A DNA stretch of 64,000 bases. It comes from Candidatus Ozemobacteraceae bacterium (lineage in GTDB: Bacteria > Muiribacteriota > Ozemobacteria > Ozemobacterales > Ozemobacteraceae). The notes beneath the pieces were generated by a model. It was given only the letters and a program-made list of their open reading frames with translations, was not told where the DNA came from and made no database searches. Made by a program: the position numbers and the translations under genes. The stretch lies in assembly GCA_965140445.1 (NCBI GenBank), contig OZ223236.1, forward strand, positions 1,728,001-1,792,000, written 5' to 3'. Shown here one piece after another: positions 44,076 through 54,420 of the stretch; the stretch's first letter is position 1; the number at the start of each line of letters is the position of its first letter.

Positions 44076-45236
44076 ATGCATATGGAAAATCGTGTAATGA
44101 CAATAATGTTTATGGATATGCAGGGCTATACAAAGCGAAGTGCCGGGCAGACCATAGAAGAAATGAAGTTGTTTCATGACCAGATGCAGGCTTTTGTAAA
44201 TGACATAGTAAAAAACTGGGACGGGGTTTTGATAAAATCTCTGGGCGATGGATTTATGGTGAGATTTGAATCACCAACTAATGCCGTTCAGGCAGGTCTG
44301 GAGATCCAAAAGAAGTTAGATTCAAGAAATGCGCAAATGTTGAATCCAGATAGTATTGTCAGGTTCAGGGTTGGAATTAATACTGGCGAAGTGGGGATTG
44401 ATGAAAGCGGAGACTTGTTTGGAGATCCTGTAAATATAGCTGCCAGAATTCAGACTTTTGCTGACACCAATGATGTTTTCATTGCAGAATCAACGTATTT
44501 AGCAATGAACCGAAATGAATTTGGAGCTGTGGATCTTGGAAATCAGGATTTAAAGAATGCCACCAGAGAAATAAAAATTTATAAAGTATTGAAAAAAGGT
44601 TCGCCTGGAGTCGTTTTATCTGGCGGTAAGTCTTCGGATTCTGATGGGCCCCATAAAAATAGAAATGTTATGATTGCTGGAGTTGTTGGGGTTGTGTTTT
44701 TATCACTGCTTCTTGGCTTTTATTTTGGCAATAGAAGAGCACAAAAGGGAAAAGCCCAAAAAGGCAATCCAGGGATTAGTAAGGTTGTACAGCCTGTTTC
44801 TGATGCTTCAAGCACTTTAGACAGTAGCAAGTCTGTTTCTAGTAATGGAACCGAAGATTCTGGAAATGGAAGTACTGAAGTTTCCGAAAATTTAAAAAAG
44901 GCTGCTTCAATTAAAAAAACTTTGTTGGATCTTGATCCATCTGATCCTAAACTTCCTTTTGCCAGAGTTGGACGGGGATTTTTTAAAGAAGTTCAAGATA
45001 TGAGGAATAGTAAGGATTATGGCAGTGCAATAAAGGCCGCTACTGGTCATCTCAAAAATGCTCGAAGTAAAACACAAAAATTACCATGGGCTCTTATTGT
45101 TTCGCAGCTTTATTGGGAGAATGGGCAGAAATCTGAAGCTGAAAAGATTTTCAGTAACATTAGATCGAAGGTGAAGAGCTCTCCAAAATTGGCGGAAAAA
45201 ATAGAGTCGGCGATTTCTCAAATCCAATTGGATTAA
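44076..45236 (+). CDS. Class III adenylate cyclase with one TM segment and a C-terminal extracytoplasmic helical domain
   Basis: FMDMQGYT, KSLGDGFM, FRVGINTG, GDLFGDPVNIAARI; TM segment IAGVVGVVFLSLLLGFYF. Confidence 0.9.
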   Translation: MHMENRVMTIMFMDMQGYTKRSAGQTIEEMKLFHDQMQAFVNDIVKNWDGVLIKSLGDGFMVRFESPTNAVQAGLEIQKKLDSRNAQMLNPDSIVRFRVGINTGEVGIDESGDLFGDPVNIAARIQTFADTNDVFIAESTYLAMNRNEFGAVDLGNQDLKNATREIKIYKVLKKGSPGVVLSGGKSSDSDGPHKNRNVMIAGVVGVVFLSLLLGFYFGNRRAQKGKAQKGNPGISKVVQPVSDASSTLDSSKSVSSNGTEDSGNGSTEVSENLKKAASIKKTLLDLDPSDPKLPFARVGRGFFKEVQDMRNSKDYGSAIKAATGHLKNARSKTQKLPWALIVSQLYWENGQKSEAEKIFSNIRSKVKSSPKLAEKIESAISQIQLD

Positions 45237-45264
45237 TTAATTTTGGGATAGCTTTATTTTGGAT

Positions 45265-45300
45265 AAAAAAAAGGTCTGAATCTATGATTCAGACCTTTTT
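45265..45300. terminator. Bidirectional intrinsic terminator
   Basis: A-tract-GGTCTGAATC-TAT-GATTCAGACC-T-tract between convergent genes. Confidence 0.88.
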
Positions 45301-45309
45301 GCTTAAATG

Positions 45310-45885
45310 TTAAGCAAGGTTCCATCCAGCATCAAATGCTTTTCTATTTAACTCGAGAAATTTTTGTGGAACTTTTTCATCAATTAGTTTTTTCCAGATT
45401 GATTCACCAATTTGTGGAACTTTTCTTGCAAGAACTCCCAGAAGCACTACATTCAGGCACTTTTGATTGCCAAGTTCTTTTGCTTTTCCTATGGCATCAA
45501 CAGAGATAACATTTGCAGAAAGACTTGCAATTTTCTCAATGATTTTCTCTGGGTATTTGGAATCTCCAGCAGAGACCGACATTGGCATAATGTTTTGTGC
45601 ATTGGTAAGAATGATTCCGTCTGGTTTGAGGAACTCAGACCATCTAAGGGCTTCAAGTTCTTCAAAAGCTAGTAAGATATCACATTCACCTTTTCTGATG
45701 ATTGGAGAATCAATTTTTTCGCCGAATCTTACATGGCTTACAACGCTTCCGCCTCTTTGAGCCATACCGTGAATCTCAGACTTTTTGACATCAAAACCTG
45801 CTTCCATTGCACACTCTGCAAGAAGATTGCTCGCCAGAAGGGTTCCCTGGCCACCAACTCCGCATAATAAAATATTGGTTGTCAT
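45310..45885 (-). CDS. iorB: Indolepyruvate:ferredoxin oxidoreductase beta subunit
   Basis: GVGGQG, SEIHGMAQRGGSVVSHVRFG. Likely ATG at 45885 after AGGAGG. Confidence 0.95.
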   Translation of the reverse strand: MTTNILLCGVGGQGTLLASNLLAECAMEAGFDVKKSEIHGMAQRGGSVVSHVRFGEKIDSPIIRKGECDILLAFEELEALRWSEFLKPDGIILTNAQNIMPMSVSAGDSKYPEKIIEKIASLSANVISVDAIGKAKELGNQKCLNVVLLGVLARKVPQIGESIWKKLIDEKVPQKFLELNRKAFDAGWNLA

Positions 45886-45886
45886 A

Positions 45887-47659
45887 TTAGTCCTCCTTCT
45901 GGGTGATTGCGCCTGGGCGGCAAACATTTGCACAAAGTCCACAATGAACGCAAAGGGTTGAGTTGATCATGGTTTTTCCATCTTCAGGATTTACTTCGAT
46001 TGCAGGGCAGCCAAGTTTCCAGCACATTCCGCATTTAACACATTTATCTCTATTGATAGAGACAAGCTTAATTTCTGGTTTATAATCCTTTAAAAGGAAG
46101 CATGGTCTTCTGGCAATAATTACTGAAGGTTCTTCGTCTTGAAGCGCTTCTTTTAATACTGATTCAACTTGTTTTAGATCAAACGGATCAACGGTGTGAA
46201 CATTCGTAACACCAGTTGCTTTACAAACTGCTTCGATATCCAGGACTTTTGTTTTTTCACCTTTGAGTGTTTTACCACTGGCAGGGTTTGGTTGATGCCC
46301 GGTCATTGCAGTAATTGAGTTGTCCAAAATAAAGGTAACATGGCGTCCCTTATTGTAAACGGTATCAATAAGACCAGTTATTCCAGAGTGCATAAATGTG
46401 GACTCGCCCATAACTGCCACAAGCTTTCCATGTATTTTTTCTTTCATGGCTTTTTCCAGGCCGAGGGAATTAGTTATTGAAGCTCCCATACATACAATCG
46501 TATGCATAGCATTGTGGGGGGCAAAAGCTCCAAGGCTATAACATCCTATGTCTCCAGTTACAATGCATTTTAGTTTTCTAAGCGTGTAAAATACTCCGCG
46601 GTGGGGGCATCCAGGGCAAAGAACTGGAGGCCTGACTGGAACTTCCACATCTGTTTTTCCTAAGCTTTTCGGGGCTTCTTTGGAAACAAATTCTTTTAAG
46701 GAGTCCTGGATAATATCAGGATTCAATTCGCCACAGACTGGTATTCTGTCTTTACCAATACATTTTATACCGAGGGCTCTGACTTCTTGTTCCATGAAAG
46801 GGTCATTTTCTTCAATGACGATAAGAGTTTCTACTGATTCAGCAAACTTCTTTACTATCTCTGCTGGGAAAGGATTGGTTAACCCTAATTTTAGAAAACT
46901 GGCGTCTGGAAAAATTTCTTTTGCGTGGCAATAGCTTATTCCAGAAGTAATAATACCAACTTTTTTGTCGCCTTCTTCAATTTTATTCCAAGGGCAATCG
47001 CTTCCTAAAACAGCAAGCTTTTTCATGCGTTCTTCAACTTTTACATGGAGCTTTCTGGCATTGTGAGGAAGAACGCAGTATTTGCTCATATTCTGAACAA
47101 ATTCTCTTTTTGGTTCTTCTTCTCTTTCACCTAGTTCAACAATTCCTTCAGAATGTGAGATTCTAGTGGTTGTTCTTATCATGACCGGCGTGTCATATTC
47201 TTCTGAAATCTTAATGGCAGCTTTTGTCATGTCTTTGGCTTCCTGACTGTTGGAAGGCTCAAACAAAGGCATTTTTGCCATTCTTGAGTAGAATCTATTG
47301 TCCTGCTCATTCTGAGAGCTATGCATGCCTGGATCATCGGCAGTAACAATTACAAGACCAGCGTTGACACCGGTATAAGCTACCGTAAAAAATGGATCTG
47401 CTGCGACGTTTAGGCCAACATGTTTTTGCGCACAAAGTGACCTGGCTCCGCCATAGCATGAACCTATTACGGTCTCCATTGCGGTTTTTTCATTTACTGA
47501 CCATTGAGCGTCAATTTCGTCGTAAGTTCCGATGTACTCTAGAATCTCTGTTGATGGAGTTCCTGGATAGGCAGCGGCGAATCTAATTCCGGCCTCATAG
47601 GCTCCCCTGGCTATTGCAGCATTCCCAGAGAGAAAAGCTTTTTGCCGTTTGGTAGTCAT
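45887..47659 (-). CDS. iorA: Indolepyruvate:ferredoxin oxidoreductase alpha subunit
   Basis: GNAAIARGA, YPGTPSTE, KHVGLNVAAD, CPGCPHR, GDIGCY, MTGHQP, and two C-terminal 4Fe-4S motifs. Confidence 0.96.
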   Translation of the reverse strand: MTTKRQKAFLSGNAAIARGAYEAGIRFAAAYPGTPSTEILEYIGTYDEIDAQWSVNEKTAMETVIGSCYGGARSLCAQKHVGLNVAADPFFTVAYTGVNAGLVIVTADDPGMHSSQNEQDNRFYSRMAKMPLFEPSNSQEAKDMTKAAIKISEEYDTPVMIRTTTRISHSEGIVELGEREEEPKREFVQNMSKYCVLPHNARKLHVKVEERMKKLAVLGSDCPWNKIEEGDKKVGIITSGISYCHAKEIFPDASFLKLGLTNPFPAEIVKKFAESVETLIVIEENDPFMEQEVRALGIKCIGKDRIPVCGELNPDIIQDSLKEFVSKEAPKSLGKTDVEVPVRPPVLCPGCPHRGVFYTLRKLKCIVTGDIGCYSLGAFAPHNAMHTIVCMGASITNSLGLEKAMKEKIHGKLVAVMGESTFMHSGITGLIDTVYNKGRHVTFILDNSITAMTGHQPNPASGKTLKGEKTKVLDIEAVCKATGVTNVHTVDPFDLKQVESVLKEALQDEEPSVIIARRPCFLLKDYKPEIKLVSINRDKCVKCGMCWKLGCPAIEVNPEDGKTMINSTLCVHCGLCANVCRPGAITQKED

Positions 47660-47761
47660 TCCTTTCTCCTTTTATCTATTTTGTTGGAAAGAGTATAACA
47701 TAAAATTGCATATATCTTTATTTTGATGATATAGGTATAAGAGGAAAAAACGGAGAAACAT

Positions 47762-48769
47762 ATGAAGATATTAGTAACTGGTGCCGCTGGTTTTATTGGT
47801 TTTAATTTGTCAAAAAAGCTCCTAGAACGTGGAGACGAGGTTGTTGGATTTGATTGTGTCAATGATTATTATGATCCAAATTTAAAAAGAGACAGACTGG
47901 AAATTCTAAGTAGAAATGGGAATTTTTCCTTTTTTGAGGAAAATTTAGTCGATAAAAAGGCTATTGAGAAAGTTTTTCTGAAGCATGATTTTGATAGAGT
48001 AGTAAATCTTGCTGCTCAAGCTGGAGTTAGATATAGCCTGGAGAACCCTCAAGCCTATATTGATTCCAACATTGTTGGATTTTTGAATATACTTGAAGCT
48101 TGTCGACATGCTGAAACTCCTCATCTGTCTTATGCCTCTTCAAGCTCTGTATATGGCTCAAACACCGCAATGCCATTTTCTGTTCATGACAATGTTGATC
48201 ATCCAGTTTCACTCTATGCTGCCTCAAAGAAATCAAATGAATTAATGGCCCATACTTATTCTCATTTGTTTAATTTGCCGACTACCGGATTGAGGTTTTT
48301 CACGGTTTATGGGCCTTATGGCCGGCCAGATATGGCACTGTTTTTGTTTACAAAGGCCATTTTGGAAGGCAATCCAATTAAGGTTTTTAATTATGGAAAA
48401 ATGGAACGTGATTTTACATATATTGATGACATTGTTGAAGGCGTGATTCGCGTTACAGATAAAATCCCTGTTGGCAATCCAAACTGGTCAGGAGACAGAC
48501 CTGATCCGGCAACAAGCAGAGCTCCATATAAGGTTTACAATATAGGTAATAACAGCCCGGTTCCTTTAATGAGATTTATTGAAATAATTGAGGAGAAACT
48601 TGGAAGAAAAGCAGAGAAAGAAATGCTCCCAATTCAGGCTGGCGACGTGCCGAAAACTTATGCGAATGTTCAGGACTTGATGGATGACGTTGGATTTAAG
48701 CCTGCCACACCTTTAGAAGAAGGGGTGGGGAAGTTTATTGACTGGTATAGGGAATATTATAAAGTTTAA
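47762..48769 (+). CDS. NAD-dependent epimerase, UDP-glucuronate 4-epimerase type
   Basis: [47 protein letters not shown]. Confidence 0.95.
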   Translation: MKILVTGAAGFIGFNLSKKLLERGDEVVGFDCVNDYYDPNLKRDRLEILSRNGNFSFFEENLVDKKAIEKVFLKHDFDRVVNLAAQAGVRYSLENPQAYIDSNIVGFLNILEACRHAETPHLSYASSSSVYGSNTAMPFSVHDNVDHPVSLYAASKKSNELMAHTYSHLFNLPTTGLRFFTVYGPYGRPDMALFLFTKAILEGNPIKVFNYGKMERDFTYIDDIVEGVIRVTDKIPVGNPNWSGDRPDPATSRAPYKVYNIGNNSPVPLMRFIEIIEEKLGRKAEKEMLPIQAGDVPKTYANVQDLMDDVGFKPATPLEEGVGKFIDWYREYYKV

Positions 48770-48807
48770 AAAAAAGCCTCTGGAGAATCTCCAGAGGCTT
48801 TTTTTTT
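48768..48807. terminator. Bidirectional intrinsic terminator
   Basis: A-tract-GCCTCTGGAG-AAT-CTCCAGAGGC-T-tract filling the gap between convergent stops. Confidence 0.9.
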
Positions 48808-51247
48808 ATGCTGAGAGGTTTTCCCTATAGAAGTTCTCCCATAGTTCTTTTTCTTCATTCATTATGTAAAGAGAAATTCTGTCTCTAATCAATCTTACTG
48901 TAAAGTCTATCAAATCCCGAGTTTCTGGTTTTGTCATTCCTTCTGGAGTGTAAATTAGTAGCGCTCCTAATAGTCTGTTTCCATTTTTTAGAGGGAAAGC
49001 GTTTAGGACTTTATCTTCTTCTCGTTCATTGATAGTTGCTTTATGGTTTGGATTTTCCTTAATGGTTTCAAAAACTTTTTCTTCCAGCTGGTTTAGTTCC
49101 AGTTGTTTTGATTTGTCAAGGCGAGATAGAACTTCAAAGCTTTCATCATTGTGAGTTCTCACTAATATCGCGTCTTGAACTTTGCCAAATTTTCCCAACT
49201 CAAAAATCAGTTTTCCAAAAGGATGCATATCTTCTTCAGGATCACAGGTGACCATAGTTTTTATACTGTCTAGCTGTGTGTGTAAATATGCAATTGTTGA
49301 ATTCAATTTGAGGTTTTTGTCCTGGAGCTCTTTGTTGCTTATAGCAGCCTTAAGTGTTGCTGCTGAATGCTTCAAGTAGTAGTTCAGCATTTTAATCATG
49401 GCTTCCGGGTTTTCTTCCTGCCCAAATCTTTCCAGCATCATCATTCCAAGAATTTTGCCTTCATGTCTAACTGGAACATAGGCTACAAGACGGTGCATTG
49501 ATCCATTGGAAATAGACATAGAAGCTGAGTTTTCATTGTTTATCTGAGCCTGGACAACGACGGGTCTACCTTCATTCAAAACAGGATTCAAAGCGCTGGG
49601 ATTCCGTCTGGGCAGATCAAGTAATCTTGGAGAGGCTTTTCTTGTATCAAGAATTTCGTTAACTCTCATAGGAGTTTCACTACTGTTAAATACATGTAAA
49701 CAAGTGTTATCAAGCTTGAACAAAGTTCTTGCTTTAGATTCTATTAGAGAAGTTAAATCCTCAATCTTGTCGCAGACATTCAAGAGTTCACTAATTTCGT
49801 CTAAAATCATTTGTTTATATTTAAGATCAGAGGTTAACTCGTCATTTGCAGACTTTAAGCTTGCAACTTCTGCCATAAGACTGGAGATTTTATTCGCCTG
49901 GTTAGTTTCGTTTTCGTTCATCTCGCGAACTTTTTGATTTAAAATCTCTATCTCAATAGCTCTTTCATTAGCTGTTTTTAGCGTTTCTTCATAGGCTTGA
50001 CGATTTTCTTTATTTTCAAGGGAGGTGCGTTCAAGGTTAATTCTTGTTTCTGCGATCTCCTTTTTCAAAGATTCTACTTTTTTTCTTAAGTAAAGAGTTT
50101 CTGTTTGTTCTTCTATTACCATCAGAATCTTTGTTGTTTCATCGCAGTCGCTGAATGCAAACAGCTTGCAAGAGAATCTATGTTCCGTACCTTCTTTAGA
50201 AGTGATTTTTACCTTGTCGATAGATCTTTTATTGCCGCCTGTATATACAGATTGCATTAAGTAGCCTATACCGTATTGCTCCATTTCCGGAATAACTTTA
50301 AAAACATTTTTTCCCGCAAGGTCAGATGGGAGAATGCCGTTACGGTCAATTTTTACCCTTTCAACATTTCCCTCTGAATCAAGTATCATCCATCCTGCAG
50401 AAGTTTGCTCTGCTGCAAAGGTTGAGGAAATGGCTTTTGTTCTGCTTTTATATAAAAGGTCATTTAGGAAATAGATTCTTTCTTTAAAAACAGAAGTGAG
50501 CTTGTGGGCAAGGTAGGTAGTTGCGGAAAACGCAATAAGCATTATAAAAGCGTTTGACGCAATCCAACCCGTGCACTGACTAAGGTCACCGAAGCTTGGT
50601 GAATAAAATTTGATGTGGGGAAGAACCTTGTAGCTTACTAACAGGCTGGTTGTAATGTAAGCTGCAACAGTTAAAAATGAATAAATTCCACCAGTTCTAA
50701 ATCCCATCACTGAACCGGCAACTACTACTGGTACAACGGCCAGATAAGTCATGGGGCTTTCAGTCGTTCCGGTAAATCTGGTTAAAAGAGTTATGATTAA
50801 CAAGTCGAATATGACTTGCGTATGCATAACATTCTTTAATGACAAAAGATTGAACGAGACATCTTTTAGTGCTTCTAACAGCATTAAATACAGAATAGAA
50901 AATAGTTTCAATACTCCGATTGGTATTGCAGCCAGCGATTTGATACCTTTTTCTCTAAGATCATGAAGATGTCTTGATATGAAGAAAACCAGGTAACGCT
51001 TGAGTCCAGATAAACCCTTTGTTAAAACCATTTGACGAGAAAGGGCTGAAAAATGAACTGTAAAAAACACGTTCAAAAGTGCTAGAACGCAACAAAGTAC
51101 ATATATTGGAGCAATTTGAAAACTCATTCCAAAAAGATTTCTGGAAATGAGACTAAAACCGAAAATGATGGGTATGCTTGCCCACCTAAGGGTAATTAAC
51201 CCTTTTGCAATCTGAAGTTCCCTTAAGCCGGAGCGGTTGCTTCTCAT
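48806..51247 (-). CDS. Multi-pass membrane sensor-like protein (PilS-like TM region, PAS-like region, coiled coil, GAF-like domains) with no recognisable output domain
   Basis: LRW...; QVIFDLLIITLLTRFTGTTESP; long coiled coil; YVPVRHEGKILGMMML and FPLKNGNRLLGALLI GAF-type strands. Likely ATG at 51247. Confidence 0.7.
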   Translation of the reverse strand: MRSNRSGLRELQIAKGLITLRWASIPIIFGFSLISRNLFGMSFQIAPIYVLCCVLALLNVFFTVHFSALSRQMVLTKGLSGLKRYLVFFISRHLHDLREKGIKSLAAIPIGVLKLFSILYLMLLEALKDVSFNLLSLKNVMHTQVIFDLLIITLLTRFTGTTESPMTYLAVVPVVVAGSVMGFRTGGIYSFLTVAAYITTSLLVSYKVLPHIKFYSPSFGDLSQCTGWIASNAFIMLIAFSATTYLAHKLTSVFKERIYFLNDLLYKSRTKAISSTFAAEQTSAGWMILDSEGNVERVKIDRNGILPSDLAGKNVFKVIPEMEQYGIGYLMQSVYTGGNKRSIDKVKITSKEGTEHRFSCKLFAFSDCDETTKILMVIEEQTETLYLRKKVESLKKEIAETRINLERTSLENKENRQAYEETLKTANERAIEIEILNQKVREMNENETNQANKISSLMAEVASLKSANDELTSDLKYKQMILDEISELLNVCDKIEDLTSLIESKARTLFKLDNTCLHVFNSSETPMRVNEILDTRKASPRLLDLPRRNPSALNPVLNEGRPVVVQAQINNENSASMSISNGSMHRLVAYVPVRHEGKILGMMMLERFGQEENPEAMIKMLNYYLKHSAATLKAAISNKELQDKNLKLNSTIAYLHTQLDSIKTMVTCDPEEDMHPFGKLIFELGKFGKVQDAILVRTHNDESFEVLSRLDKSKQLELNQLEEKVFETIKENPNHKATINEREEDKVLNAFPLKNGNRLLGALLIYTPEGMTKPETRDLIDFTVRLIRDRISLYIMNEEKELWENFYRENLSA

Positions 51248-51322
51248 CGCGCCTCCTGCAGCTGACAAAATTGGTATAGGTCAAGCTACTATCGGCATAA
51301 ATGATCACCAATTTAACCTGTT

Positions 51323-52903
51323 TCAAAAACTTTGAATTTTAAATCCATTCAAACCAAGCTGTGCGAGAAGGGCGGCTTTTCCTTTGGGAGTCGAAATTAG
51401 AAGATTATATTTGCTCTGCATGCCTTCAGGAGAAAGATTTTTTATATCAAGAATTTCAAAAATAGATTCTTGCGAAGGAATTGTTAGCTCTATAGGTTGT
51501 GATTGCTGTGGCCAGCCATGTTGAAGCTTTCCCCTAACGAGTAGGGCAGGCTGGTCGCTTACAGCGGCAATGGCTACCTTGGGCATCATACTATTTTTTT
51601 TAAGGCTTTTAGCTGCTGCGGATAGAATTGGCTGAAATTTTGCATTTAGAGCAGAAAGAAGCTTTATTAAATGGCTATTTTCGGAATGACATTGAATCAA
51701 AACAGTTTCAGACCCAGCGGCTGAAATAGTTAAAGGAAATTCAAATTGTCCGACATTTCTTGCTAGACTTTTTATTGCTTCCAGTGTCTTTGAATCAGCT
51801 GATATGGCTACCGAGATATCTGTTATATTGCTTTCCGCAGCGGTTTGATAAGTTGCAAAGCAAAGCGCTTCATTTGCGCTAAAGCTAAAATCAGGAACCT
51901 GATCTGCTCCTACAAAGTAAAAGCTTTGGCTTTTTGTTGGCGGGATAAAGTTTTCTTCGCCATCTTCTATCTTGTTCTTAGCTTCAAAGTGCGCAAGAAG
52001 GGCTTTGGTTAGAATGCTTTTATGCAAATCACGAGAGTCTTCGGTGAATAGATTGGTTGCGCCGGCTAAAAAGGCTTTCCATGCGTTTTTCTCGTTATCA
52101 CCAGTTATGTTTTGTGAGAATGACTCCATTCTTTGATTTAGTCCGATAATCTGGTTTTCGCTACCTTCAATTATTAAGGCAAGAAAGGTTTTTGCGCCGT
52201 GGAACCATATCTCAAACTTTACTCCCCGAGTATTGGCAAAACTTTGTATAAATCTTTCTCCTGCAAACTTGGCCGAAATAAAACTTGAGGGACTTATATC
52301 GTCCCATGACATAAGCTTTGCCAGAGCAGAATTTTTTCCCAAAGCTTTTTGGACGTTGCTAATTGACTCTATATTTTGTTCGTTAATAATTTTTGAGGTT
52401 TGCGTGGCTTGAGGTATTTCAATTTCTGATTTGAAATTTTCAAGGGGGCCTTCAATATATAATGAAAATTTTGTTTGATTTGATTCTTTTGATTGAATCT
52501 TGCTTGTTGCATAAAGCTGTTCGCCGATAGTAGGGAGAGTTGAAGTATTAGTTTTAATCACTTGCGCGGCTTTAATTATTTTTGCTGCTTTTAAGCAAAG
52601 CTTTTTGGCTTTTTCAGTTTCTGTGGCCAAAATCATTGCAACCTGAATATTGCTAGAATTAGAGATGATTCTCCAAGATGACCCTGAAGCTTCAATTTCT
52701 TTTGCCAGAGAAGTTTTTTGCCCGTTTTCATTAAAACCCTGAAGAAGATTGTCAAAAAAAGCTCTGATATGATTAGAGCCGTTTACTACAGGGGCTTCCA
52801 TGGTGAATACTATTTTATTTATATTTTTGCTGGCCGGGTCAGCAAAAGACGGGATGATCAGACTAAGTAAAAAAGCTATAGAAACCAGAGTTATTTTTTT
52901 CAT
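51323..52903 (-). CDS. Secreted hypothetical protein
   Basis: Sec signal peptide MKKITLVSIAFLLSLIIPSFA; no motif recognised. Confidence 0.75.
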   Translation of the reverse strand: MKKITLVSIAFLLSLIIPSFADPASKNINKIVFTMEAPVVNGSNHIRAFFDNLLQGFNENGQKTSLAKEIEASGSSWRIISNSSNIQVAMILATETEKAKKLCLKAAKIIKAAQVIKTNTSTLPTIGEQLYATSKIQSKESNQTKFSLYIEGPLENFKSEIEIPQATQTSKIINEQNIESISNVQKALGKNSALAKLMSWDDISPSSFISAKFAGERFIQSFANTRGVKFEIWFHGAKTFLALIIEGSENQIIGLNQRMESFSQNITGDNEKNAWKAFLAGATNLFTEDSRDLHKSILTKALLAHFEAKNKIEDGEENFIPPTKSQSFYFVGADQVPDFSFSANEALCFATYQTAAESNITDISVAISADSKTLEAIKSLARNVGQFEFPLTISAAGSETVLIQCHSENSHLIKLLSALNAKFQPILSAAAKSLKKNSMMPKVAIAAVSDQPALLVRGKLQHGWPQQSQPIELTIPSQESIFEILDIKNLSPEGMQSKYNLLISTPKGKAALLAQLGLNGFKIQSF

Positions 52904-53046
52904 TCAACAAATTCCCTTTGACATTTCTTGGAAAAATTATATCACAATGTATTTACTAACATGTTTATAAATTGGAAGTGATCTTTACTATGGGATCTGC
53001 TTTGGGTTAGGATCAAGGTTGAAAGAATTTTAAAAAGGAAAATTCG

Positions 53047-54420
53047 ATGGTTCCATGGGATAGCGAAATTGGATCTGCGCTAATCGTCGCCTCAATGTTT
53101 CTTGCATTAATGGGAATGGGAGAGATCTTGCGCGGCTTAGGGGCCTGCTCTCAGGAGGGGACTCGAAAGTTTGTCCATCTAACTGGGGGGATTGTTTCTC
53201 TAAGTTTTGCCTATGTTTTTACTTCTCATTGGACAATTTTGGGTCTTTGCGCTGCATTTGTCAGCTTGATGATTATCACCAAGAAATTTGGAATTCTTCC
53301 CTCTGTGCATGGAGTGAAACGACGTTCTAGCGGTGATTTACTACATCCTATCGCTATTTATTTAACGTTTTCCATTACAAGTTATTTTGGAAAGCCTGAT
53401 TTCTATTTAATATCTATAATGGTTTTGTCAGTCTCTGATGCCTTGGCTGCCATCATTGGCACATCATACGGATTCAAGGTTTATAGTGTTGAGGAAGAGA
53501 AAAAGAGCCTTGAAGGTTCTTTTATTTTCCTTTTATCAACCTTTTTGATTGTTCATCTTGGGCTTTTACTTCTGACTTATGTGGGAAGGATGGAATGTGT
53601 GTTGGCTGCTTTGCTGATATCTGTTCTTGTTACCTGCTTTGAGGCAATTTCTCTGGGTGGGGCAGATAATATTATTATTCCATTTGGTACTTTGTTTATA
53701 GCCATGAAGATTACTCAGAAGCCAATTCCAGAAATAACCTTTCAGCTATGCTCTATTGGTATAATTTTTCTTCTTACCTATTTGATTTCTGCACCAAGTA
53801 AGCGACTTGGTCATAGCGGAATTATTGGCGTTTCTTTGGCTGGCTATGCGGCATGGAGTCTAATAGGCCCGCATTGGTATATTCCTGTTTTGATTTGTAC
53901 CGTTCTAATCGCTTGTATTGATATTTTTCTGGAAATGCCCGGTAATCAGGATGAATTAATTCGAGTTCGTCCTCTTTTTTACATGTTTATTGTCTCATTT
54001 GGTTGGATTCTTGCCGCAAACTTCAGGCTTGCCAATGAAAACCTGTTTTTTGTTCCTTATATTGTGAGTTTTGCAGCGATTTTAAGCATAAGATGGAAGT
54101 GGTATCAAAGAGCTGGCAACCTAATGTCGTCCAAAAAGAGCTTCTTGCCAAAGTGGTTTGCAGAAGGTAATTTTTTGGTAAGATCTATTTTTCTTACTTT
54201 AATATTCTTGCCCGCCAATCACATAATTGGACTTGGTCTAGATTTTAAATTTTCATTCGTTTCGTGCCTATTGGGAATAATGATTTCAGATGCTATTTAC
54301 TGGGCGGTCGGAAACAAATATCAGGGCAAATGGAAGAAGGTTTCTTTTTTGCGCATGGGAATGGCAGCAGTTTTGATTTCATCGTCTTTCACTTTTTTAC
54401 TGCATTTCTGGTATTACTAA
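53047..54420 (+). CDS. CTP-dependent polyprenol/phytol/dolichol kinase family membrane protein with an extra C-terminal TM half
   Basis: RKFVHLTGG, SDALAAIIG, KSLEGS, GADNIIIP. Confidence 0.8.
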   Translation: MVPWDSEIGSALIVASMFLALMGMGEILRGLGACSQEGTRKFVHLTGGIVSLSFAYVFTSHWTILGLCAAFVSLMIITKKFGILPSVHGVKRRSSGDLLHPIAIYLTFSITSYFGKPDFYLISIMVLSVSDALAAIIGTSYGFKVYSVEEEKKSLEGSFIFLLSTFLIVHLGLLLLTYVGRMECVLAALLISVLVTCFEAISLGGADNIIIPFGTLFIAMKITQKPIPEITFQLCSIGIIFLLTYLISAPSKRLGHSGIIGVSLAGYAAWSLIGPHWYIPVLICTVLIACIDIFLEMPGNQDELIRVRPLFYMFIVSFGWILAANFRLANENLFFVPYIVSFAAILSIRWKWYQRAGNLMSSKKSFLPKWFAEGNFLVRSIFLTLIFLPANHIIGLGLDFKFSFVSCLLGIMISDAIYWAVGNKYQGKWKKVSFLRMGMAAVLISSSFTFLLHFWYY

